The position numbers and the translations under genes were made by a program. The notes under the pieces are model-generated. The model had not been told where the DNA came from, did not search any database, and was given only the letters and a program-made list of their open reading frames with translations. Positions 1 to 11,892 of a stretch of 48,946 nucleotides of DNA are shown piece by piece. Numbering within the stretch: the stretch's first letter is position 1; each line of letters begins with the position of its first letter. The stretch spans positions 1-48,946 of the forward strand of contig DAOUIC010000080.1 of NCBI GenBank assembly GCA_034428255.1, read 5' to 3'. The DNA is from Anaerolineales bacterium (GTDB lineage Bacteria; Chloroflexota; Anaerolineae; Caldilineales; Caldilineaceae).

Positions 1-2255
<2,255 letters not shown>

Positions 2256-2610
2256 GGGGAATCAATTTCCGTAAGTGGGTGGGACGGTGGATTCGCGTGG
2301 GCGCTGGCCCTCGGGTCGGCATGTCCGATCCTATCAGACCCGATTGCCGTCTGTTGTCGCAGACCGACACCCTTCCGGCACTGTTTCAATCCCGTGGATA
2401 CCGGTATCCGATCCCTGTCAACGGGTCGCTTTTCCGAGTGCCATGGCATCCGGTATCGACTGAGTTGATGACATTCGGTACAACGGGCCCATCGCTGCCC
2501 GCAGCTTCCTTGACCAAAATCAACGAAAGTGAAACAGTGCCCACCCTTCCAGCCGGCGGCACCGGGCCTCGATTCCGGGCCGCGGCAAGGTCCGGCCGAT
2601 CGCTGGTGCG

Positions 2611-3720
2611 CTAGATCCCGCCGGTCATCCTGGCCACGGCCTCGAACAACGACAGGCCTGCGGGCGGCCAATGCCAACGGCCCGTGGCATTCAGGACGAT
2701 GCTCCAACAAAAAACGGCGTACAGGCAGACCAGAGGGATGCCCACCGAACGCCGGGCTTGGAATCCGGTCCACCAGACTACGAGGAACGGCAGTGCGCTG
2801 GACAGCAGCATGATCGGATAGTCAAACGCCAGCATGGAGACCGGTGCCGGCATGGGTTTGACCACCGACGTGATGCCGACGATGGCCAGGATATTGAGCA
2901 TGTTGCTGCCCACGAGGTTCCCGACGGCGATTTCGCGTTCCCCTTGGCGGATGGCGATGAGCGTGGTCGCCAGTTCCGGCAGGCTGGTGCCGATGGCGAC
3001 GACGGACAGTCCAATGAACAACTCGCTGATCCCGAACAGGCGTGCCAGGCCACCGGCTCCATTGACCAGTGCGTCGGCGCTGAGCGGCATGCCTACCAGT
3101 GAAAAGCCAAGCACCACCAGAACGGCCGTCAGTCCCCAGCGTCCAAACCGCTGCCAGAAGTCGGAGTCGTCCGCGGACTCGACGGCTTCGGGATGCGCCC
3201 GACCGAAGGCGATGGAGTACGTCATGAAGATCGCCAAACCCACCAACAGAATCGCGCCTTCCCACGGCATCACGGTGCCGTCGATCGAGAACGCGACCAG
3301 CACCACCGAAACCAGAAGCATCGCGGGATACTCCCGGGTCAACAGGCTACGTCGGATGGGGAGCGCTGCAATCAACGAACCCAGTCCGAGAATCAGGCCG
3401 ATGTTGGCGATGTTGCTGCCAACCACATTGCCGATGGCGAGCGTTCCGGAAGTGTTGGGATTGAGATTGTCGAGGATGCTCACCAGCAATTCCGGCAGGC
3501 TGGTGCCCAGAGCCACAATCGTCAGGCCAATCATGATTGGCGACATGCCCAGGCGGGAGGCCAGCTCACTGGCGCTGGAGACCAGGCCGTACCCAGCCAC
3601 AACCAACCCAGCCAGGCCGAGGGCGATTTGCAGGAGCAGAATCGGAAGGGCGGAATCGCTCACAGGGGAACTCGGTTTTGGTACCGGACAGAAGCTGCGG
3701 TCCAGGCAGGCGCAGCCCAT
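2611..3720 (-). CDS. CaCA-family cation/calcium antiporter (YrbG-like)
   Basis: Polytopic membrane protein with the duplicated alpha-repeat signature GTSLPE (ALGTSLPELLVSI and AIGTSLPELATTL). The start is uncertain: ATG 3720, the adjacent TTG 3723, or an internal GTG before SDSALPILLL. It abuts the miaB stop. Confidence 0.85.
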   Translation of the reverse strand: MGCACLDRSFCPVPKPSSPVSDSALPILLLQIALGLAGLVVAGYGLVSSASELASRLGMSPIMIGLTIVALGTSLPELLVSILDNLNPNTSGTLAIGNVVGSNIANIGLILGLGSLIAALPIRRSLLTREYPAMLLVSVVLVAFSIDGTVMPWEGAILLVGLAIFMTYSIAFGRAHPEAVESADDSDFWQRFGRWGLTAVLVVLGFSLVGMPLSADALVNGAGGLARLFGISELFIGLSVVAIGTSLPELATTLIAIRQGEREIAVGNLVGSNMLNILAIVGITSVVKPMPAPVSMLAFDYPIMLLSSALPFLVVWWTGFQARRSVGIPLVCLYAVFCWSIVLNATGRWHWPPAGLSLFEAVARMTGGI

Positions 3721-3723
3721 CAA

Positions 3724-5166
3724 TCAGCAGGCGGACGGGCTGTCCAGAATGGATTCCAGCCGTCCCTGCATGGACCACGGCCCCGCCCAACTGATCCGTG
3801 CGTTCACCATGCACCCCGTCAAGTCCTGATCGTGTTCCACGAATACCAACCGATTCTGGCGGGTGCGCCCGAGCCACCGGCCCTTGTGGCGGCGTTCAAT
3901 CAGCAATTCCACCGAATCGCCGAGCTGGCGGCGGTTCTTGCGCAGGCAGATGTCGCGCATCAGGGAGTCCAGGCAGGCATGCCGCTCGCGCTTCACGGAA
4001 TCGGGAACATCATCCTCCATCCGACGGTCGCTGACCGTGCCCGGCCGGGGACTGTACCGGGCAAGGTGCGCCTTTTCCGGCTGCAGATCGCGCAGCAGGG
4101 CCTCCGTGTCCCGAAACTGACTGTCCGTCTCCCCGCAGAAGCCCACAATGATGTCGGTGTGGATGCTGCAGTCCGGCAGTTTGGCTCGGATGTGTCCAAT
4201 CAGGTCGCGATACTCCTCCTGCGTATAGCCGCGTCGCATGTTGCGCAGGACGTCGTTGTTGCCGGCCTGGGCCGGCACCTCGATTTGCTCGCATACCTTG
4301 GGCAGATCGCGTACGGTGTCCAGGATGCGGTCCGACAGGTAGGTTGGATGGCTGGTCAGGAAGCGGATACGCCACAGGTCGGGAATGTCGTGGATCGCAC
4401 GCAGTAGGTCGGCTAGGTCCGGCACCTTGGAATCCGACAGGCCTCCATGCACCGGAACCTGTCGGCTGTGGCCCAGGGGGCCGCGCAGGTCGTAGCCATA
4501 CCGATCCACGATCTGACCCAACAGTGTTACTTCGCGGGCACCCTGCCGCACCCGGAGTTCCACTTCCCTTCGAATGTCCTCCAAGGACCGGCTGCGTTCG
4601 ACACCGCGCCGGAACGGGATGATGCAGAAGGTGCAGGCATGGCTGCACCCGTACACCACTGGCACGTAGGCGGTCACCCCTTCGTGATGCAGGCTGTCGC
4701 CGCCCGTGCGGCCCGGGATCCTGTGGGTTTCGTCGGTGTCCTGCAGGGTGTGGCGCGCGGAGGTCAGGTCCCTGATCAGCGATTCCGAATCCTGATTGAT
4801 GGTGTCCTGCAGCAGATGGTTGACCAGAGGCAGTGGTTCGCTGGGCGGCATGAACACGTCCACATGGGGAAACCGTTCGATCAGGGCGGGGGACGGGTTG
4901 ACTCCCACCATGCAGCCCATCAGGGCCAGGGTCCGATCCGGCTGTCCCGACTTCCAGCCCTTGAGCGCGCCGAGTTTGCCCGCCGCCTTGTCCTCTGCGC
5001 TTTGGCGAACCACACAGGTATTCAGGACGACTACCTCCGCTTCATTCGGGTCGCGGGTCGCGGTGTAGCCAAGATCGGTGAGCGCGTCCGCCACATGTTG
5101 GGAATCGGCCGTGTTCATCTGGCAGCCGACCGTCCAGATGTGGAATTTCCTGTCCATTGCTGTCAT
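3724..5166 (-). CDS. miaB: Radical-SAM methylthiotransferase, MiaB-like (tRNA ms2i6A synthase)
   Basis: N-terminal UPF0004 block FHIWTVGCQMNTADS, radical-SAM CxxxCxxC motif (YGCSHACTFCIIPFRRG), and a C-terminal TRAM-like segment. I chose ATG 5166 (MTAMDRKFHIW). The track start at 5262 would overlap the upstream SDR gene by 49 nt and add a non-conserved Arg/Pro-rich leader. Confidence 0.85.
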   Translation of the reverse strand: MTAMDRKFHIWTVGCQMNTADSQHVADALTDLGYTATRDPNEAEVVVLNTCVVRQSAEDKAAGKLGALKGWKSGQPDRTLALMGCMVGVNPSPALIERFPHVDVFMPPSEPLPLVNHLLQDTINQDSESLIRDLTSARHTLQDTDETHRIPGRTGGDSLHHEGVTAYVPVVYGCSHACTFCIIPFRRGVERSRSLEDIRREVELRVRQGAREVTLLGQIVDRYGYDLRGPLGHSRQVPVHGGLSDSKVPDLADLLRAIHDIPDLWRIRFLTSHPTYLSDRILDTVRDLPKVCEQIEVPAQAGNNDVLRNMRRGYTQEEYRDLIGHIRAKLPDCSIHTDIIVGFCGETDSQFRDTEALLRDLQPEKAHLARYSPRPGTVSDRRMEDDVPDSVKRERHACLDSLMRDICLRKNRRQLGDSVELLIERRHKGRWLGRTRQNRLVFVEHDQDLTGCMVNARISWAGPWSMQGRLESILDSPSAC

Positions 5167-5213
5167 TATCTCTCGGCCCGGCTGACCGGGCTGGCCCTTC
5201 GTAATCCGAATTC

Positions 5214-5951
5214 CTAGCGTACGTCCGGGTCGGTGGGGTAGACGTCTATGTTTTCCAGGCATACCCGGTAAGGCAGCGAGACCGCAAACACAATCGTGTC
5301 CGCCACATCCTCGGCTTGCAGCATTCGGTTCCGCATTTTCTGGGGAGGGGGATCGGGGCGTCGATCCAGGATTGGCGTTGCGCCAACTCCCGGGTTGACC
5401 AGGATCGCGCGGATGCCGAAGGGATTTCCCTCTTCATTGGCAATTCGGTTGAGCGCCGCCATGCCCAACTTGCTGCTGCTGTACGACACGCCGGCCAACA
5501 GGCTGGGGTAGTTCGCGGCCCGGGAGGCGACGTTGACAATGCTGCCGCGTCCGAGTTCGCGCATGCCCGGCATGGCCAGTTTGGTCAACAGAAACGCCGC
5601 GTCCAGATTCACGGCCAGGACCGTTCGCCACTGGTCAAGACTGGTGTCGGCGTAACGGCGCGGAATAACGTTGGTGCCGGCATTGTTCACCAGGATTTCA
5701 ATTGGACCCAGGCGGTCGGCGGCTTCCTCGTACGCCGCGCCGAGGGCATCCGTGTCGGCTACATCCACCGAAATCGCCAGTGCATGCCCACTCGCGGCCT
5801 CCAACTCCCCGGCCAGTTGCTCCAGCGCGCTCGCCGTGCGTGCCAACATAGCCACCCGCGCGCCCCGGGTTGCCAGTGCCCGCGCGGTGGCCGCCCCGAA
5901 ACCGCTGCTGGCACCGGTGACCACAGCGGTCTTGCCTTGTAGGTTCAGCAC
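5214..5951 (-). CDS. Short-chain dehydrogenase/reductase (SDR) family oxidoreductase
   Basis: Classical SDR signatures: TGASSGFG cofactor loop near the N-terminus, NNAG motif, and SSKLGM around the catalytic Tyr/Lys region. GTG start. Confidence 0.9.
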   Translation of the reverse strand: MLNLQGKTAVVTGASSGFGAATARALATRGARVAMLARTASALEQLAGELEAASGHALAISVDVADTDALGAAYEEAADRLGPIEILVNNAGTNVIPRRYADTSLDQWRTVLAVNLDAAFLLTKLAMPGMRELGRGSIVNVASRAANYPSLLAGVSYSSSKLGMAALNRIANEEGNPFGIRAILVNPGVGATPILDRRPDPPPQKMRNRMLQAEDVADTIVFAVSLPYRVCLENIDVYPTDPDVR

Positions 5952-6397
5952 GTGGTGAATCCGGAATTATCTCGTTGCCACACTTCGGCAATTCGTGGCG
6001 AGGCGCGCCGGTTAAGGACGTCCCCGTACAGGTTTGCCGGGCACCATGACCCGTATGATACATTCATGCTGCGGCGAATTGCCGGCCGTAGGTGCCTGGT
6101 TGGGGGCGCATTGTTTATCCTTGGATCCCACATGACTCAACGGTACTTCGCCTCGGCCCGGGGAAACCGCACTCCTGCCATGGGTTGCATTGAACCCGGT
6201 TGCAGGGTTAGACGGAGCCTTGGGAACCCAGTTCATCCGTCGCAGTGGATTGCGGCTTCCCGGCTGGGAGGCCGGCAAGGTTCGGCTTGCGCATGTCCAC
6301 GGTATGCCCGGACGCCCCCGACGCGCGACTTGGGCGTTGGCTGAACGGCATTTGAAATCGTTTGCATCGGCGCTCACCCCAGGTCCAAGGAACCCCC

Positions 6398-7348
6398 ATG
6401 GCCCGCGTGCTGGCTGCTGACATCACCCCTCCCCGGCGCGTTGACAGTCTGATTTTCGATGTCGATGGTGTTCTGTGGGACACCACCGGGAGCTACGATC
6501 CCGCGATTGTCCAGACCATTGATCTGTTGGCGGAACACATGGGCCGCGACGACCTGTCCGGCAAGGTTGGGGCATCCGATCTGCGGGCGATGAGGTTGGC
6601 CGGTGGATTGAACAGCGACTGGGACCTCACCTATGTCGTTCTGGTTGCGCTGTTGGCCGGTTGGAAGGATCTGGGTGCGGCGGCCGCGGCGACATGCGGA
6701 AGGGGCCGTGCCTGGGCTGAGGAGCAACGCGGGTTCGGCGCAAACCTGGAATTCGAACTGCTGCGGTACTGGTTCGACCTTGTGTATTGGGGCAGCGAAC
6801 GCATCGGCGGCGTGCTGGACACCCCCCCGGTCCACAGTGCAGACCTGCCGGGCACCTGGCATGCCGAACGCCCCTTGGTGACCGCGTCCCTGCTGGACAG
6901 CCTTCGGCATTTGGGCATCGATGTCATGGGCATCGCCACCGGACGGCCCTTGATCGAGTTGCAGACCGTGCTGGACAATGGGCCGTTGCTCGACTACATC
7001 GACTTTGACTGCATGTGCCGTGGCGACATACTGAAAAAACCCGATCCGGCTGTTGTGTCATGGTGCGTGGAGCGCATGCGCTCCCGCCTCCCTGTGCAAC
7101 GCGGCCGCGAATTGACTATTCTGTACTCCGGCGACACGCGGGACGATCTTGATCTGATACTCAACTACGCACGATGGGACGCGCGGGAACCATCCGAGGC
7201 CTTGTGGATTGGCGCGGTCAGCGTCGTACCCGAATCGGAATTCGGGTTGTTTCTAGAGGCAGGGGCGGCCGCCTGCATCGACCACGTTTCAGAATTGCCT
7301 GCCGTCGTTCAGGAATTCCAAGTCCGTACAGGAACCCTACATGAGTGA
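6398..7348 (+). CDS. HAD-superfamily hydrolase-like protein with a large cap insertion
   Basis: HAD motif I FDVDGVLWD, motif II GIATGRP, motif III KKPDP, motif IV GDTRDD. ATG 6398 is preceded by AAGGA. The track start at 6362 adds 12 unsupported residues. Confidence 0.75.
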   Translation: MARVLAADITPPRRVDSLIFDVDGVLWDTTGSYDPAIVQTIDLLAEHMGRDDLSGKVGASDLRAMRLAGGLNSDWDLTYVVLVALLAGWKDLGAAAAATCGRGRAWAEEQRGFGANLEFELLRYWFDLVYWGSERIGGVLDTPPVHSADLPGTWHAERPLVTASLLDSLRHLGIDVMGIATGRPLIELQTVLDNGPLLDYIDFDCMCRGDILKKPDPAVVSWCVERMRSRLPVQRGRELTILYSGDTRDDLDLILNYARWDAREPSEALWIGAVSVVPESEFGLFLEAGAAACIDHVSELPAVVQEFQVRTGTLHE

Positions 7349-8924
7349 CAGCCTCATCATTCCCGGACAACCCAGCGAGCCTGCAGGGCCGGAACAACTG
7401 ATTGTCCCCGGCGGCGGTTCACGGCCGCCGGAACCGGTGCCGTTAACGTCGGACACGCCCCCCGCCGACGTACCGGCATCCGAAACGGGCGGACAGCCAA
7501 CGGAGGATTCGGCAGATGACCGAGGCGCGGCCGCCGGCTTGGAACAGGTTCAACAGTTCCTGAAGAGCCTGCGCTACCCCCCGAGCCAGGTTCAGTTGGA
7601 TTGTCCGCAGTGCAGTGCCGGGGTGACATCGCTGGTCTTCCCGATCCAGGACTATGGAGCGAATCCGACCCTGCTCACCATGTTCCTGTCGGGTCAGCTC
7701 AACACCGCCCAATGCGGAAGCTGCGGCAATCAGCTGATGACCCAGTTTCCCGTGATGGTGCATTGGCCCCAGCAGGATTTTCTGGGGGTGGTCGTGCCGG
7801 AACAGGCCGGAGCCGCGAGTTCACCGCAGGCTGTAATCGGCAGTTTGCAATCGACGTTCCTTGCCCGTGTGCCCGCGGGGGAACGCAAGGGCTACATGCT
7901 GGCCCCGCGCCAGTTCATGGCACTGGACCGCCTGCATGACGCCCTGTGGGAGTTTCAGGGCGTAACCCGTGAGATGCGGGAACACCGGGCCGCCGCCATG
8001 TCGTTGCTGCAGCGCATGCTGGGTGTCGCGGACGACGTTTCCGCCCTGGCTGAACTCGCTCGGTCGGAACCCGCCCTAATCGATCGCGAGTTCCTTCTGT
8101 TGGCCATGCAGTTGGGTTCGCAGGAGGCACCCGAGCAGCACGCAGGCTCGCCGTTGCAGCGGGTCATTTCCTGGCTGTCCGCCAACACGCAAGCCGGATT
8201 GGAAATCAAGCAGCAGCAGGACACGCTCCAGGACATCCTTCAACAACTTCAGGCCGGCATGGACAAGGAGGAGTTGGCGGCCCGGCTGGTCCAACTGTGG
8301 ACGGCCGGAGACGGTCAGGACGTGGTCCTGGCTCTGGTGCAGGCCGTACCGCAGCAGTTCGACTACGAGTTTCTGCTGGAACTGTCAACCCTCATCGAAT
8401 TGGAGACCGATGCTCAGGCCAAGGAGAGTCTGGGCCGGATGCGGGAACAAATCGACAGCCAAATCAAGATGATCCAGCAGCAGGTGGCGACCCTGCAACA
8501 GAACGCCTACCAAGCCTGTGTGGCCATCGTTTCGGCTGCCCTGCAAAGCCAGGATCCCGCCGAGGTACTCCGCCGGCAGAGCCGCATGCTGCGCGGGCCC
8601 TTCTTCAATGTCCTGATGAACATGATGTCCCAAGCCCAGAAGAATCAGGCACCGCAGGTGGTGAACCGCCTGCTCGAAATCCGGGACATTGCTCTCAATA
8701 TCCAGGCGGAGGCCATGTCCGAGGAGGACCGGTTCCTCTTCACCCTAATCTCGGCCCGCACCGTGGGTGAAACGCGTGCGGCGATGGAGCAACACGGCGA
8801 CTTGATCAGCGATTCGTTGCTTGAGAAGCTTGATACGATGGCCAAGGAGCTCGGCGAGAACGACATGGATGTCCAGGCCCGCAAAATTCGCTCGTTGCGC
8901 AATGAGCTTGTGCTGAGGCGCTGA
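7341..8924 (+). CDS. CpXC-domain (double CxxC zinc-ribbon) protein with a long helical C-terminal region; function unknown
   Basis: Pro/Glu-rich N-terminus, then CPQCSAGVTSLVFPIQDYGANPTLLTMFLSGQLNTAQCGSCGNQLM, which matches the CpXC layout (CPxC ... LL.G.L....C..CG). About 350 further residues are helical. Its start overlaps the HAD-like stop (ATGAGTGA), which suggests translational coupling. Confidence 0.7.
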   Translation: MSDSLIIPGQPSEPAGPEQLIVPGGGSRPPEPVPLTSDTPPADVPASETGGQPTEDSADDRGAAAGLEQVQQFLKSLRYPPSQVQLDCPQCSAGVTSLVFPIQDYGANPTLLTMFLSGQLNTAQCGSCGNQLMTQFPVMVHWPQQDFLGVVVPEQAGAASSPQAVIGSLQSTFLARVPAGERKGYMLAPRQFMALDRLHDALWEFQGVTREMREHRAAAMSLLQRMLGVADDVSALAELARSEPALIDREFLLLAMQLGSQEAPEQHAGSPLQRVISWLSANTQAGLEIKQQQDTLQDILQQLQAGMDKEELAARLVQLWTAGDGQDVVLALVQAVPQQFDYEFLLELSTLIELETDAQAKESLGRMREQIDSQIKMIQQQVATLQQNAYQACVAIVSAALQSQDPAEVLRRQSRMLRGPFFNVLMNMMSQAQKNQAPQVVNRLLEIRDIALNIQAEAMSEEDRFLFTLISARTVGETRAAMEQHGDLISDSLLEKLDTMAKELGENDMDVQARKIRSLRNELVLRR

Positions 8925-9031
8925 TTTGTCTCGGCCGCTCGCCAGCGAAGCCGCGCCGGCGAGTATGCGGACCGTACCTTGCTTTTTGGATAGCCCTCCA
9001 CCCCGATTGCGTGGTCAAGGAGTTGTTCGTG

Positions 9032-10282
9032 ATGACCTCGTCTGCCTGGCTCAAGGGTGAAATCGTCACCACCGGAACCGAAATTCTGTTGGGTGAGACG
9101 GTTGACACCAACGCGTCCTGGATTGCCCAGCAGCTGAACGCGGTCGGCATCAACCTGTACTACAAAAGCACTATCGGAGATAACATCGGCCGGGTGACCG
9201 AAGTGTTGCAACGGTGTATTGGCCGGAGCGATGTGGTCATCGTTACCGGCGGCTTGGGGCCTACGGCAGACGACATCACCCGGGATGCCATTGCCTTGGC
9301 GGTGGGTGACGAACTGGTTCTTGACCAGGCAACAGTGGAGGCGTTGCAGGCCCGATTCTCGAACTGGGGTACGCGGATGACGGCGAACAACCAACAGCAG
9401 GCACTGATTCCTGCCACCGCGACCATCGTGCCCAATCCTGTCGGCACGGCTCCGGGCTTTCGGGTTACCAGAGGGAACTGCACGATCTTCGCCCTGCCGG
9501 GGGTTCCGCGCGAAATGAAGCGCATGATGGCCGACAGCGTATTGCCCTGGCTTTCGGAACGGACGGGCGGAACGGGAGTCATTCACGTGCGAACCCTGAG
9601 GACAATCGGAATTGGCGAAAGTGCAATCGACAATGAAATCAGGGATCTGATGGCCGGCGAGAATCCGACGGTGGGGCTGGCCGCGCACACCGGGCAGGCC
9701 GACGTTCGATTGACGGCCCGTGGCCGGGATGCGGACGAGGCTGACCGCCTCCTGGACCAGATGGAAGAACAGGTTCGGAGTCGTCTGGGGGATTACATCT
9801 ACAGCGACATCAAGGGCCTGGACATTGCCAGACACATTGTCGAATTGCTGGAAACCCACAACCAAACCCTCGCGGCGTTCGAACTCAACACGCAAGGCCG
9901 CATTGCGGAGCGCCTGCGGTTGCACGACGGCGACGCGGTGCTTGACGAAAGATCTCGAGGCGAAGAAGTACGGTCCCGCGTCGCCACGCTCCTGCCTCAA
10001 GCAGACGCGTCCGAAGCGGAGTATGAGCAGGCACTGGAAGCCATTGATCTGGTGCTGTCGGCCGCCTGTCCCGACAGCCTGCGCCTAACGGTTCTGGGAA
10101 CTACCGGGGACGATCATGGTGTCTACCAGAACCGGAAAGGCCACACTAGGGTGTTGCTGGGTGATCGGCACGGCGAACGCCGGGCCCGGTTCTCCTTTGG
10201 CGGCACGGACGAACTCACGGCGATTTGGATAGGCAACCGGTGCTTCGATTTGGTCCGGCGATGGTTGTTGGCCCGGGCGTGA
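9032..10282 (+). CDS. cinA: CinA-family competence/damage-inducible protein (MoCF-type N-domain plus divergent PncC-like C-domain)
   Basis: N-domain KGEIVTTGTEILLGETVDTNASWIAQQL...VVIVTGGLGPTADDITRDA is a typical CinA/MoCF fold. ATG 9032 sits 9 nt after AAGGAG (9017-9022). For the C-domain see findings. Confidence 0.85.
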   Translation: MTSSAWLKGEIVTTGTEILLGETVDTNASWIAQQLNAVGINLYYKSTIGDNIGRVTEVLQRCIGRSDVVIVTGGLGPTADDITRDAIALAVGDELVLDQATVEALQARFSNWGTRMTANNQQQALIPATATIVPNPVGTAPGFRVTRGNCTIFALPGVPREMKRMMADSVLPWLSERTGGTGVIHVRTLRTIGIGESAIDNEIRDLMAGENPTVGLAAHTGQADVRLTARGRDADEADRLLDQMEEQVRSRLGDYIYSDIKGLDIARHIVELLETHNQTLAAFELNTQGRIAERLRLHDGDAVLDERSRGEEVRSRVATLLPQADASEAEYEQALEAIDLVLSAACPDSLRLTVLGTTGDDHGVYQNRKGHTRVLLGDRHGERRARFSFGGTDELTAIWIGNRCFDLVRRWLLARA

Positions 10283-10448
10283 CAAGGGTTGCCCGCACCA
10301 TTGGCACCGGTTCCGGACAGATGGGCGTTTGATGTTGACGGAAAACCGGAACGGACTCAAAACAGAGGAAAGTCCGAAGTTCGGGTAGTATCTGTCCAAG
10401 GCCGCAGTGCCATGCGGCCACGTCGTTGCACGCGGCTCCCTGCGGACC

Positions 10449-11873
10449 ATGGGTTCAGGGGAGCCACCATCCCCTGTGCGTGTTTTGTTTATCCGGACCT
10501 TGACGGTCTTTTGTACCGTCGCACTCTGTTTCGGTTTGGTGCGTTTCGCACCGGATCCCGGACAGTTGGATGCTGCCACCCTCAATCCCATGCGCTTGCT
10601 GGAAGGTGTCGCCGACTGGCGACCGCAGTGGTTGCCGTCCGGCAGGGGAACCGTGCCCCGTTTGGGGGAGGCGGTTTCCGCGGCCGCCACACCGACCGCA
10701 ATCCGGATTCCCACGGTAGTCCTGCCTTCCGAAGGCCAGGCTGAACTCCCCAACCAGCCACCCGAACCCGAAACGGACCATGGCACGCCGTCCGGTTCGG
10801 TCAGCATTCCGTATTTTGAGCAGAGGGAACCGTCCGGCCCGGAAGCCGACCTCGCCGAATCGCCGAACCCGGCCAGCAGTCGGCAGGATACGGCACGGGG
10901 TCCGGCAGCGGTTCTGGAAGTGCCCGAAATCGAAATCCCTGCACGGGAAGAACCGGTTGGACCCAGGCCGACACCTGCCGGACTCGGTCCTGTGCCGCAA
11001 CCTCAAGAACCCCAGGCCCCCTTGGTGCGGACCGGCAAGGGAATTCAAACCATTCTTGTGCTCGGCAGCGATCAGCGCCCGGGTGACCCAACCTGGCGAA
11101 CCGACGTGATCATGGTGGCGGTAATCAACAAGGAGTTGCCCAAGGTGGTAGTCGTCTCCATTCCTCGGGACATGTGGGTTGAATCGACCGAGCCGGAGTT
11201 GGCCAGCAAAATCAACACATTCGATTATTGGGGCGAGCAGTGGAAACTCGGTGGGGGCGCCGAACTGCTGGGCCGCGTCATCGACGAGCAATTCGGCATT
11301 CCGATCGATCTGTACGCGAAGCTCAGGTTCGAAGGGTTTGTCAGCGTCGTGGACAGCCTGGGTGGGATCGACATCGACGTGCCCTGCGCCTTGTATGACA
11401 TCAAACCGACGGAGAACATCTACCTCAATCTGCAACCGGGCCGCTACCACTTTGATGGCGCCCAGACACTGGCCTACGTGCGCAGCCGCGCGCAGGGCGG
11501 CGATCTGTCCCGGGTCGATCGCCAGCAACAGGTTCTGCTGGCTCTGCGCAGTCGCTTCCAGGTGCGCAAGCTCGTGTCCCAAATTCCGGCCCTCTACACC
11601 ACGGTGAAAGATGCCGTTGACACCAACATCGGACTTCTCAACGCAATCCAGCTGGCACGGTTGGCGTACGACCTGGATGCGTCACAGGTTGAAATCGTGT
11701 CGCTGTCTCCGCAGCGGCACATGGAGACCGGATGGCAGCAGGGCATGCAGGTGTGGCTGCCGATTTGGGATGTGATCCGCGCGGACATCAGTGCGGCGCT
11801 AGACCGCGAGCCCGGGACCCAGATGGGCGGGCCGATCGTGGGTGCGGCTGCGGCGGCACCTGTCTGTCGCTGA
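10449..11873 (+). CDS. LytR-CpsA-Psr (LCP) family cell-wall glycopolymer ligase, copy 1
   Basis: N-terminal TM helix, a Pro/Glu-rich linker, then LCP core motifs: ILVLGSDQRPGDPTWRTDVIMVAVI, VVSIPRDMWV, FDGAQTLAYVRSR, DLSRVDRQQQVLLAL. I preferred the ATG 10449 start, just before the TM helix. Confidence 0.85.
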   Translation: MGSGEPPSPVRVLFIRTLTVFCTVALCFGLVRFAPDPGQLDAATLNPMRLLEGVADWRPQWLPSGRGTVPRLGEAVSAAATPTAIRIPTVVLPSEGQAELPNQPPEPETDHGTPSGSVSIPYFEQREPSGPEADLAESPNPASSRQDTARGPAAVLEVPEIEIPAREEPVGPRPTPAGLGPVPQPQEPQAPLVRTGKGIQTILVLGSDQRPGDPTWRTDVIMVAVINKELPKVVVVSIPRDMWVESTEPELASKINTFDYWGEQWKLGGGAELLGRVIDEQFGIPIDLYAKLRFEGFVSVVDSLGGIDIDVPCALYDIKPTENIYLNLQPGRYHFDGAQTLAYVRSRAQGGDLSRVDRQQQVLLALRSRFQVRKLVSQIPALYTTVKDAVDTNIGLLNAIQLARLAYDLDASQVEIVSLSPQRHMETGWQQGMQVWLPIWDVIRADISAALDREPGTQMGGPIVGAAAAAPVCR

Positions 11874-11892
11874 CCACCGTCCTCCCATCCGA

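Noticed and set aside
5167-5262. Track start (5262) for miaB
   Set aside because: It adds 32 Arg/Pro/Gly-rich residues and overlaps the SDR gene by 49 nt. Conserved MiaB sequence begins right after ATG 5166.
10365-10376. GAGGAAAGTCCG, identical to the RNase P RNA CR-I/P4 core, in the cinA-LCP intergenic region
   Set aside because: The flanks do not continue the RNase P consensus: GGGCUCC and the P4 3' strand are absent. Only about 165 nt of non-coding space is available before the LCP gene, against the 330 nt or more that RNase P RNA needs. I treated it as a chance match. The region does contain a GGCCGCA-N6-TGCGGCC hairpin (about 10400-10419) of unknown meaning.
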